In this document: piece after piece, positions 47,638 to 56,334 of the stretch
Layout of the letters: the number at the start of each line of letters is the position of its first letter
Position numbering within the stretch: position 1 is the first letter of the stretch
Virus record (IMG/VR): IMGVR_UViG_3300022602_000028
Origin: a virus
Strand: one strand, 5' to 3'
Length of the DNA: 64,000 nucleotides
The notes under the pieces: model-generated
Told to the model about the DNA's origin: nothing
Database searches by the model: none
The model's input: the letters and a program-made list of their open reading frames with translations, nothing else
Made by a program: the position numbers and the translations under genes

Positions 47638-48969
47638 ATGGGGCGCGAACTAGGTAGAATTAGTGGCCCGTTACTAGCAGATAATCTGTTACGCAACGGC
47701 AATGATCTTGCATTTGAAACAAGTTTACTCTACTTAAATGTTTCAAATGGTTTCATTGGCGTTAATAACAATACACCAACTAGAACTTTTGACATTAGCG
47801 GGTTAACTTATGCTCCTACTGTAATTGTAGATACAGAGGCAGATCTAAGCGAATTATACTTTACAACAAATCAAGTACAAAATTTATTTGATGTAATTAA
47901 TATTCAGCCAAATCAATCTAGCAATCCAAATATTGTTGTTCCTAGCCTTAGCACTGATAAAATTACTTTAAAAGGAAATACTATCACCGATTACGTTTCG
48001 GGAGATAGTATTTTTATTAATCCTACCGGACAACTAGTAATAGGTACTGCGCTAGCCAATAATAATGTATTGGTCAACGGTGATGTACATGCCACTGGAA
48101 ATGTTACATTTGATGGTAATATTGTTTTAGGATCCGGCCCTACAAAAACTATTACTATACCAGCCCAAGTCGATAGTAATATCATTCCGTTAACTACTAA
48201 CATTTATAATTTAGGTTCTAGTAGCTTGTATTGGAATACAATTTATAGCAATGCTCTACAAACTGGAGCAATTACCAATACTAATATTCTTACCGGTAGC
48301 ATGACCATTGGCAATGTTACTGTCGGCAATAACAATATTATTGATAATTTATCTGGTGATAATTTAAAGTTTTCAACAAGCGGAACTGGAGTTATTAATC
48401 TTAACAACACCATTACTATTCAGCAAGGTACTATAAATTACAGTCCAACAGTTACACCTTTAACTTTTAATTTTGCCGCAGATTCAATTACTGGTGCTCA
48501 AAACGGATACTTGTATTTTAGCGGTTCTAACGGTTTTGTTCCTCCGGTCGGAACAACTGCACAACGTCCTGTAAATCCTCCGCTAGGTACATTACGTTTT
48601 AACACAGACTTGTCTATCTTAGAAGTCTATGCCAATGTATCAAATACAGTAACTAGTTTTAATGCAACTACCAATGCTCAATCTAATTCAGGAACAAGTA
48701 TAATCTATACTACTGGAACTACCGGAATGAAAGTAGGCGATCTAGTAACCGGTATAAGTTTACCTGGAGCATTTAGTGCCAACACATTAATAACTAGCAT
48801 CAATGCTGGAGTAAGTTTTAATATTAGTAGTCCACTATTGCTTACATTACCTTCAGGAAGTACAGTAAACGCATTACAACAATGGGTACCCAGTATCGGT
48901 CTCAGCCCAGTGCTAAGTGCAGACGAGGTTACTGAAACTATGGACATTTGGACCCTTATACTAGGGTAA
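47638..48969 (+). CDS. Tail fibre-like structural protein (443 aa), paralog of 49133-50200
   Basis: GRISGPLL.DNLLRNG..LAFETSLLYL.V N-terminus; PVGTTAQRP...G.LRFNT motif. Confidence 0.65.
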   Translation: MGRELGRISGPLLADNLLRNGNDLAFETSLLYLNVSNGFIGVNNNTPTRTFDISGLTYAPTVIVDTEADLSELYFTTNQVQNLFDVINIQPNQSSNPNIVVPSLSTDKITLKGNTITDYVSGDSIFINPTGQLVIGTALANNNVLVNGDVHATGNVTFDGNIVLGSGPTKTITIPAQVDSNIIPLTTNIYNLGSSSLYWNTIYSNALQTGAITNTNILTGSMTIGNVTVGNNNIIDNLSGDNLKFSTSGTGVINLNNTITIQQGTINYSPTVTPLTFNFAADSITGAQNGYLYFSGSNGFVPPVGTTAQRPVNPPLGTLRFNTDLSILEVYANVSNTVTSFNATTNAQSNSGTSIIYTTGTTGMKVGDLVTGISLPGAFSANTLITSINAGVSFNISSPLLLTLPSGSTVNALQQWVPSIGLSPVLSADEVTETMDIWTLILG

Positions 48970-48997
48970 AAAATCAAAACAGCTAAATACTATTACT

Positions 48998-49164
48998 GTA
49001 AAAACTGACCAAGTTTTTACGATATTCAACTGTGGTAAACCGACAAAGAGCCTTTTAAAGGATGCGGAAGAAGGGTAACGCCAGACACCAAACTAGGTTA
49101 ACCGTGAAACACGGGGTATACGAGGAGCGTAAATGGCTGTTGGTCGAATTTCGGGTCCGCTCTT
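48998..49164 (+). promoter_or_regulatory. Structured 5' leader / candidate translational switch of gene 49133
   Basis: After TAAATA (48984-48989): a perfect 9-bp stem 48998-49006/49012-49020; GGTAAACC (49034-41) complementary to GGTTAACC (49096-103); CCGTG-AAA-CACGG (49102-14); SD AGGAGCG (49123-29) pairs with coding CGCTCTT (49158-64). Confidence 0.55.
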
Positions 49165-50200
49165 AAAAGATAATTTGCTTCGTAACGGGGTAAATTTAGC
49201 TTTTGAGACGAGCCTACTTTACTTGGATGTTAATAACAGCCGTATCGGTATTAATACAACCGCGCCAACCAATGACCTACAAGTTGTAGGTACAACTCGT
49301 ACTACCAATTTACAAACAACCAACAGTGCAACGATTGCTACATTTACTGTAAGCAACAATACAATTTCCAGCTCAAGTGGAACAATCAATCTAGTACCAG
49401 CAGGCGGCACTAACGGAGTTGTGTATCAAGGTAATTTAACAGTTGGTACACAATTAAACATTAATGGTAATACTATTAGTACAGTTGGTACTAATACAAA
49501 TTTAAACATTACCACAACTGGTTCAGGACAAGTAACAGTTAACAGCAACGTTTTAGTTAACGGTAATTTACATGCTACTGGAATGATTACTGCTGACGGC
49601 AATATTCAATTAGGTGATAGTGGAGTCGGTGATACTATTCAGTTCAACGGAGAAGTGGATAGTGATATTGTTCCTACTCCTACTAACTCTTGGAATTTGG
49701 GATCTAGCTTACTAACCTGGGCTACCATTTACAGTAATAATGCAACTATTAATAATATAAATGCAACTTCAATTACTGGAACAGATTATAAAACCGCTAG
49801 TTTAGAAATAAACGGCAGTACAATTAGCACACGCTCGACAAATACAAATATTAATTTGTTAACAACTGGTTCTGGAGCAGTAAATTTAGGTAATAATTTA
49901 AGTATTGCGGCCAATACAATTACTAATACTGTTCCTGGTAGTATAACAACTTTTGCTACTACAGGCACTGGTTATGTTGCAGTATCTGGCACAAATGGTA
50001 TGGTTATTCCAAGCGGTTCAGTTGCCGCTCGACCAGCAAATGCGTATGCGGCAATTGGTATGATACGTTATAACACTGAACAATATTTGGTCGAAGTTTA
50101 TACTACAGGTGGCTGGGTAAGTGTTGCTGGTAGCGCCGGCGGTGTTACTGCACAGTCGGCAGCTGATATTGGTGTAGAACAAGCATTAATTTACGGATAA
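49133..50200 (+). CDS. Tail fibre-like structural protein (355 aa)
   Basis: Paralog of 47638; RIGINTTAP, N...N.NL.T.GSG.V repeats, IPSGSVAARP...GMIRYNT. Confidence 0.65.
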   Translation: MAVGRISGPLLKDNLLRNGVNLAFETSLLYLDVNNSRIGINTTAPTNDLQVVGTTRTTNLQTTNSATIATFTVSNNTISSSSGTINLVPAGGTNGVVYQGNLTVGTQLNINGNTISTVGTNTNLNITTTGSGQVTVNSNVLVNGNLHATGMITADGNIQLGDSGVGDTIQFNGEVDSDIVPTPTNSWNLGSSLLTWATIYSNNATINNINATSITGTDYKTASLEINGSTISTRSTNTNINLLTTGSGAVNLGNNLSIAANTITNTVPGSITTFATTGTGYVAVSGTNGMVIPSGSVAARPANAYAAIGMIRYNTEQYLVEVYTTGGWVSVAGSAGGVTAQSAADIGVEQALIYG

Positions 50201-50203
50201 AAC

Positions 50204-50533
50204 ATGGCAACCTATTTTCACACTAAAGTACAAGCAAGTATAGGAACAACTCCAGTAACACCACTTACAACAGGTGCAACTAATATCTATACAATCATTG
50301 GTCTAAATTTAGCCAATACAACAGATTACGATGTTACAGTTAATATTACTATAACAGATTCTACTCCTACAACAGGTTACTATATTAGCGGATTAATAAT
50401 TCCTCCATATACCAGTGTTAAAGTAGTAACTAATAGTGAAAAAATTGTATTAGGAAACAACAGCAGTATTACACTAGTTTCGGATACTGCTAGTAGTGTT
50501 GACGCCACATTCAGCTATGCTGAAGTAGCTTAA
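50204..50533 (+). CDS. Small structural protein (109 aa), paralog of 46274-46606
   Basis: TIIGLNLANTT...V.V.I......IPP..S.....EKIVL pattern. Confidence 0.65.
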   Translation: MATYFHTKVQASIGTTPVTPLTTGATNIYTIIGLNLANTTDYDVTVNITITDSTPTTGYYISGLIIPPYTSVKVVTNSEKIVLGNNSSITLVSDTASSVDATFSYAEVA

Positions 50534-50542
50534 GGATAGATT

Positions 50543-50920
50543 ATGAGCAATAGTAATAATTATTATTTTGGAAGAGATCAACAAGAATTGATCGGAGGTC
50601 AGCCACGATACTTCATGGGACTACGTAGAAATAGCGATGGCGAAATAACCTTAGCCATTGTTGATCAATTAAGTAGAACTGATAGTATTCAAATTAACAA
50701 TCCTGGAGATCCTAGCGGTAATTATACTGCATTTGAACCAGGTACAGATTTTTATGACAACAGAGATATCAATCACGCTTTGGTATATGCCAATTTAAAT
50801 TACGAACAATACCGCTGGGATGATCGTAGAATTTATTATTATGTTGATAGCACGGGTGAACTAGTAGCCAGAATTAATACAAAATATGCTTACCCATCAG
50901 GGATAAGTTCAAACAATTAA
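50543..50920 (+). CDS. Hypothetical structural/assembly protein (125 aa)
   Basis: AAGGA SD, tightly packed in the fibre operon; YFMGLRR..DG, YEQYRWD.R.IYYY.D..GELV.RIN. Confidence 0.6.
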   Translation: MSNSNNYYFGRDQQELIGGQPRYFMGLRRNSDGEITLAIVDQLSRTDSIQINNPGDPSGNYTAFEPGTDFYDNRDINHALVYANLNYEQYRWDDRRIYYYVDSTGELVARINTKYAYPSGISSNN

Positions 50921-50929
50921 GAGTAGATT

Positions 50930-53900
50930 ATGCCAGATTTTAAAATAGCCAGTATACGATACACATGGAAAGGAACTTGGACTAGTTCCAATGGTTACCT
51001 TGCTGACGATGTAATATTTTACGGCGGTAAGGCTTACGTTTGTTTGTTAGCTCACACAAGTAGCAGTAGTTTTGCCACAGACTTAGCATTATCTACACTA
51101 TGGGTACAGATGTTTGATGGGTATACATGGCGCGGTGCATGGACACCGAGTGCAACTAATACATTATCAGTAATTTCATCATCTGGCAACGGAACAACTG
51201 CTACATTAGTGTTTGCAACTCAATCATCTAATCCATTTACTGTTGGACAATCTATTACTGTTGGCGGTAATAGTGTGTCTGGATATAATGTAACCGCTAC
51301 AGTTACAGCAGTTACAACTAGTTCAGTTAGCTATCTAAATACTACTACAACGGCAGGAACCGGTGGTACTATTACGTCTGCTGGTGCAGTTAATTTATAT
51401 AATCCCGGAGATACAGTTAGTTATGGAGGATTAGTTTATAGATGTATTACTAGCCACACTGCCGCAATTTCAACTGCACTTGGACTTGAAGCTAATCAAA
51501 GTGCTTGGACTATTGTAAGTCAAGCCGATGCTTGGAAAACAAATTGGGCAATTAGTACACAATATAAAGTTAACGATGTAGTCGTATATGGTGGAACAAT
51601 TTATCGTTGTATTACTGCTCACACTAGTTCATCTTTTGTTACTACTGGATTAGAAGCTAATCAAAGTGCTTGGCAAATTGTATATCAACAATTATCTTAT
51701 AAGAGTGGTTGGGCAACTGCTACAAATTATCACGTATTAGACGTAGTTCAGTTTGACGGAACTTTATATATTTGTAATGTAGCTCACCAATCTACTGTAT
51801 TTTTAACAGATTCTCCAGTATATTGGAGTATATATTTAGACGCTTTAGAATTCCCGGGACTTAATTCGCCTATATATAGTTCAAGTCAGCAATATTATAA
51901 AGGTGATATCGTTAACTATGGTGGCTATAGCTATAGAGCACTCAGCAATAATCTTAATCAGATTCCGGACATTAACACAAGTTATTGGCAAATCGTAACA
52001 GAAAATTATTACTATAGACAAACATGGTCTTCTGCAGTTTCATATACTATTGGATCTGTAATTAGAAATGATGGTTATCTATATGTTTGTATATTAGACA
52101 ACTATCAACAACAACCTCCTAATGCAACTTATTGGACATTGTTAGTACCAGGTCGCTTCTGGGCAGGTTTTTGGTCAACACCTACTCCTTATGTATTAGG
52201 AGATATAGTTTCATATGCAGGCTTGTCATACGAGTGTATACTTGCTCATACTTCTTCATCAGGTACATTGCCTGCTACCGATGTTGCCGCTGGCTCATCT
52301 AGTGTTGGTACATATTGGAAAGTTTATAGTCTTGGAGATGCCAATAATGTATTGACAACTCAAGGTGATACGCTTTGGTGGAACACTGGCGCAAAATCAA
52401 GATTACCTATTGGAAATCCTGGACAAATTTTAAAAGCAAGTTCTGGTACTTCATTAAATTGGGCAACATTTGGAGTTATTAGTAAAGTTTATTATGTTTC
52501 ATCAACGGCAGGAACAGATACTCCGTTGTACGGAACTAGTTTGAATAGCCCATGGGCTACTATTGCCTACGCTTGCGCTCAATTGATTGCAAACGGTATT
52601 ACAGGCGCAACAATTTTTATCAAAACTGGTACATATACTGAAGTATGTCCGATCAGTGTTCCAGCTAATTGTAGTTTAGTAGGTGACGAGTTGCGTACAA
52701 CTATTGTTCAACCAACTGCGGCTACTAGTGGTAACAACATGTTTTATGTTCGCAACGGCACAATTATTAGAAATATGACTCTTCAAGGGTTAACTGGATC
52801 ATTAGGCCTTGCAAATTCTTATGGCACAAAACGTCCAACTGGCGGAGCGTTTGTAAGTTTAGATCCAGGTTCTGGCACAAGTGATAGTTCAGTTTGGATT
52901 ACTTCAAAGAGTCCGTATGTACAAAACGTAACAACGTTTGGTACAGGATGTGTAGGATTAAAAGTAGATGGAACATTACATGCCGGCGGTTACAGAAGTA
53001 TTGTATGTAACGATTTTACACAAATCTTAAGTGATGGTATTGGTGTATGGATTAATAGTTTAGGTCGTTCAGAAGCTGTATCAGTGTTTACCTATTATAA
53101 TTACATAGGTTATCTATGTGAAAATGGCGGAAAATTACGTGCAACCAACGGCAATAATAGTTATGGTGTATATGGATCTGTAGCAGAAGGAGTATACTCT
53201 GCAGAAACTCCAATTACTGCTTACGTTAATAACAGAGCTACACAAGCAAGTGTTGGTTATGTTATGACTAATACTGTAAAATTATTAGCATTTGAATATG
53301 CCAATGCTGGATTAAATTATACCAGTCCGTCATATACTATCACTGGTAGCGGTTCAGGAGTTATATTTGAAACGTATGATATTCGCAATGCTGGCATTTA
53401 TGAAATTAGAGTTACTGATCCTACTAACACTGGGTTTCCTGGTGGTACAAGTTATCTTAGCGTAACTGGATTGGCACAAAATGGTACTAGTAACGGAACT
53501 ATCACACTATCAGCTAGTGATACAAACAGCGCATTAGTTTATGCAGGTATGCGAATTGTAGTTCTTTCAGGAACTGGTGCAGGACAGTCGGGTTATATTC
53601 AAGCGTACAACAGTACAAGTAAAGTAGCTACAATTTATTCTGAAGCAACTGGCGCACAAGGATGGGATCTTGCCTATCCAGGAACCCAGCCAACAGTTTG
53701 CGACAACTCTAGTTCGTATATTATTGAACCAAGAGTTGCGATTGCAGGTCCAGGTTTTAGTACAGTAGGTGGAAGTTTAACAGCTTCAGGATATTGGGCT
53801 AGTAGCGCATACGGTAATGGATATTTTGTAACAATTGACGGACAAAGTCAACTAGTTAACTATTCTACAAATGGCCTTAATTGGAATTTAGGTTCTGGTT

Positions 53901-56296
53901 TACCAAACTTAGGCGCAACAACTAGTATGGTTTACAGTAATGGTTTATTCATTGCTACTAATACACTTACTACAACTATTGCATATAGTTCTAACGGTAC
54001 TAGTTTTACTTCAGGTGCATTACCTGTAACAACATTTGGTAATTCACCAATTATTTCTGCTCCAAGCAGTTATTATGGAAACTATGCCGCTATTGTAATG
54101 AACACCGGTTCAAGAACTAATTTGTTAACTTATAGTAATACGTTAACAAATGCCGCTTGGACTACAAGTTTATCTTATATTGTTCCAGCATCTGTTGCGA
54201 CACAAGCACCAGATGGAACATATACTGCTTATAAATTTATTGACAATACTAGCAATGCAGAACACGTAATTTATTATACTAGAACAAATGCTAGTCCAGA
54301 AACAGTTACATTTTCTATCTATGCTAAAGCCGCAGAACGTAGCCAAATTCTAGTTGGATTTACTAATGGAACGCCAAGTACAACATTCACTGGTGCAATT
54401 ATAAATTTAGCAACAGGTGGAGTTATTACTGCTCCGACAAGTACAGGAGATTATTCAGGAACGTCGGTAAACGTAACTGGTGCAGGGAATGGTTGGTATA
54501 GAATTGCTGTAACAGCTACCCATGCAGTAGGAACAAATACTAACAACTATCCATTTATCGATGTTATTAATAATTCTAGCGCACAGCAATATATTGGCGA
54601 TGGATTGAGCGGGTTGTACTTATGGGGCGCACAATTAGAAGTTGGTACTCGTGCTAGCGCATACGTTCCGACTACTACAACCACTGCTAACGGTACATTT
54701 GAATTATTTAAAACTAACAATGCTACTACTTGGATTCCATTTGGATCTCCTACTATCGGCGGAGGCCCATTAGTCTACGGTAACGGAACTTATGTAAGTT
54801 TTGCTAGTACAGCTAGCAATCAATGCCAATATGCTATCAACGGTATTACATGGGCAACAGCAACTTTACCATTTACTCAAACATGGACATTAGCTAGTTT
54901 TGGTAACGGAGTGTTCATTGCAGTTTCAATTGGATCATCTAACGGTGCTTATAGTATAGACGGTATTAACTGGTATGCAATGACTTTACCAGCCGCAAGT
55001 CAGTGGCTCAGCGTAACTTTTGGTCAAGGCTTATTCATGTTAATAGCTAGTGGATCAACTAGCAATGCACAAAGTCAAGATGGTATCAACTGGACTGCAA
55101 ATTTAGTAGGAACAAGTCCTGCATGGAGTACAGTATCAGTTAGCAATCCTACATCAGGGCCTGCTGTGTTTGTAGCAATTACCTCAGGTAGTAACATCTC
55201 AAGTGTGATGACAACTGGAGCAACTGCTCGAGCAAGAGCAATTATATCGTCAGGATCGATTAAATCTTTTAGAATTCAGAATCCAGGATCTGGCTATGTA
55301 ATTGGACCAACACTGACTATTACCGATCCAAATGCAAGTACAGCCGCATCTTATACAATTCGTTACGGTGATAGAGTATTAGGTCAACCAACATTTATAT
55401 CTAGGGGTACTGCATACCTAACTGCTGGTGCTGTTATTACAGATAGTGCTAGTACAGGTTATGCAGATTCTTATCAAACTGGAAGCTATCTAAACATATA
55501 TGGAATGACTAGTACACCTACTCCAGGATCAAACGTAGTTATTAGCGGTAATCCTACAGTTTATAAGCTGGTAGCTATTACTAATGTATCTGGATCATTA
55601 GGTAATCAATCTGCTACATTGCAATTTGACCAATCTATATCTGTTTATAAATCGCAAGCTAATGCAACTGCATTGTCTATTCGAATTTTATACAGTCAAA
55701 TTCGTTTAACAGGACATGATTTTTTAAGTATTAATAGCGGTAACTATGTTAATACAAATTATCCAATCAATGCGTTCTTTACACCTAGCTTGGCAACTTT
55801 TCAAACAATAGAAGCTGGTGGCGGCCACGTATTTTATACTGCAACTGACCAAGACGGTAATTTTACAGTAGGTAATATTTTTGGTGTTGCTCAAGCAACT
55901 GGTACAGTTACACTAAGTGCTAGTTTGTTTAATCTTTCAGGATTAACACAAATTAGTTTAGGTGCGTTAGTTGTTGGTAGTTCAAGTGCAATTATTAATA
56001 CTATTAGTACAGACGGTACTATGAGTGCAAACAGTGATAATACTATTAGTACTCAACGAGCAATTAAAACATATATTGCTAGCAGATTAGGTCAAGGTGG
56101 CGGAACAAGTCAGGTAAACAGTGCCACTATGGGGCAAGTGCAAGTGGTGAATGATAATAGCGGTATAGGTAGTATCTTAACTACAACAGGTAATCAAATT
56201 AATATGGCTAACAAAGTTATGTTCCAAGGCCCAGCGGCTGGTGTTGATGGGTCGCTATTAGCAATGGCATATTTAATGCAAAGTTTCCATAATTAA
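50930..56296 (+). CDS. Large multi-domain tail fibre/tailspike (1788 aa)
   Basis: About 10 CBM5/12-like W.G.W.....Y...D.V.YGG..Y.C...HT repeats; LTTQGD...RLPIG..GQIL trimer motif; pectin-lyase-like beta-helix (IFIKTGTY.E..PI.VP.N.SLVGDELR); BNR/Asp-box repeats (YS.NG..W); an inserted jelly-roll domain. Confidence 0.8.
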   Translation: MPDFKIASIRYTWKGTWTSSNGYLADDVIFYGGKAYVCLLAHTSSSSFATDLALSTLWVQMFDGYTWRGAWTPSATNTLSVISSSGNGTTATLVFATQSSNPFTVGQSITVGGNSVSGYNVTATVTAVTTSSVSYLNTTTTAGTGGTITSAGAVNLYNPGDTVSYGGLVYRCITSHTAAISTALGLEANQSAWTIVSQADAWKTNWAISTQYKVNDVVVYGGTIYRCITAHTSSSFVTTGLEANQSAWQIVYQQLSYKSGWATATNYHVLDVVQFDGTLYICNVAHQSTVFLTDSPVYWSIYLDALEFPGLNSPIYSSSQQYYKGDIVNYGGYSYRALSNNLNQIPDINTSYWQIVTENYYYRQTWSSAVSYTIGSVIRNDGYLYVCILDNYQQQPPNATYWTLLVPGRFWAGFWSTPTPYVLGDIVSYAGLSYECILAHTSSSGTLPATDVAAGSSSVGTYWKVYSLGDANNVLTTQGDTLWWNTGAKSRLPIGNPGQILKASSGTSLNWATFGVISKVYYVSSTAGTDTPLYGTSLNSPWATIAYACAQLIANGITGATIFIKTGTYTEVCPISVPANCSLVGDELRTTIVQPTAATSGNNMFYVRNGTIIRNMTLQGLTGSLGLANSYGTKRPTGGAFVSLDPGSGTSDSSVWITSKSPYVQNVTTFGTGCVGLKVDGTLHAGGYRSIVCNDFTQILSDGIGVWINSLGRSEAVSVFTYYNYIGYLCENGGKLRATNGNNSYGVYGSVAEGVYSAETPITAYVNNRATQASVGYVMTNTVKLLAFEYANAGLNYTSPSYTITGSGSGVIFETYDIRNAGIYEIRVTDPTNTGFPGGTSYLSVTGLAQNGTSNGTITLSASDTNSALVYAGMRIVVLSGTGAGQSGYIQAYNSTSKVATIYSEATGAQGWDLAYPGTQPTVCDNSSSYIIEPRVAIAGPGFSTVGGSLTASGYWASSAYGNGYFVTIDGQSQLVNYSTNGLNWNLGSGLPNLGATTSMVYSNGLFIATNTLTTTIAYSSNGTSFTSGALPVTTFGNSPIISAPSSYYGNYAAIVMNTGSRTNLLTYSNTLTNAAWTTSLSYIVPASVATQAPDGTYTAYKFIDNTSNAEHVIYYTRTNASPETVTFSIYAKAAERSQILVGFTNGTPSTTFTGAIINLATGGVITAPTSTGDYSGTSVNVTGAGNGWYRIAVTATHAVGTNTNNYPFIDVINNSSAQQYIGDGLSGLYLWGAQLEVGTRASAYVPTTTTTANGTFELFKTNNATTWIPFGSPTIGGGPLVYGNGTYVSFASTASNQCQYAINGITWATATLPFTQTWTLASFGNGVFIAVSIGSSNGAYSIDGINWYAMTLPAASQWLSVTFGQGLFMLIASGSTSNAQSQDGINWTANLVGTSPAWSTVSVSNPTSGPAVFVAITSGSNISSVMTTGATARARAIISSGSIKSFRIQNPGSGYVIGPTLTITDPNASTAASYTIRYGDRVLGQPTFISRGTAYLTAGAVITDSASTGYADSYQTGSYLNIYGMTSTPTPGSNVVISGNPTVYKLVAITNVSGSLGNQSATLQFDQSISVYKSQANATALSIRILYSQIRLTGHDFLSINSGNYVNTNYPINAFFTPSLATFQTIEAGGGHVFYTATDQDGNFTVGNIFGVAQATGTVTLSASLFNLSGLTQISLGALVVGSSSAIINTISTDGTMSANSDNTISTQRAIKTYIASRLGQGGGTSQVNSATMGQVQVVNDNSGIGSILTTTGNQINMANKVMFQGPAAGVDGSLLAMAYLMQSFHN
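52667..52714 (+). repeat. 48-bp exact direct repeat, copy 1 (copy 2 at 59437-59484)
   Basis: aattgtagtttagtaggtgacgagttgcgtacaactattgttcaacca is identical in both large fibre genes. Confidence 0.9.
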
Positions 56297-56304
56297 AAAT
56301 AACA

Positions 56305-56310
56305 TAAATA
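56305..56310 (+). promoter_or_regulatory. Putative late promoter core (TAAATA) for the last fibre gene
   Basis: CATAAATAT, 24 nt upstream of ATG 56335; GGAG SD in between. Confidence 0.6.
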
Positions 56311-56334
56311 TAATAGACAAGTACGGAGTATACA

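Noticed and set aside
49034-49103. Definite c-di-GMP-I riboswitch call
   Set aside because: Only GGTAAACC and GGATGC resemble the motif; the GNRA/receptor P2 arm and the AAAGC...GG.CUAA core are not present. It is kept only as an unnamed structured leader.
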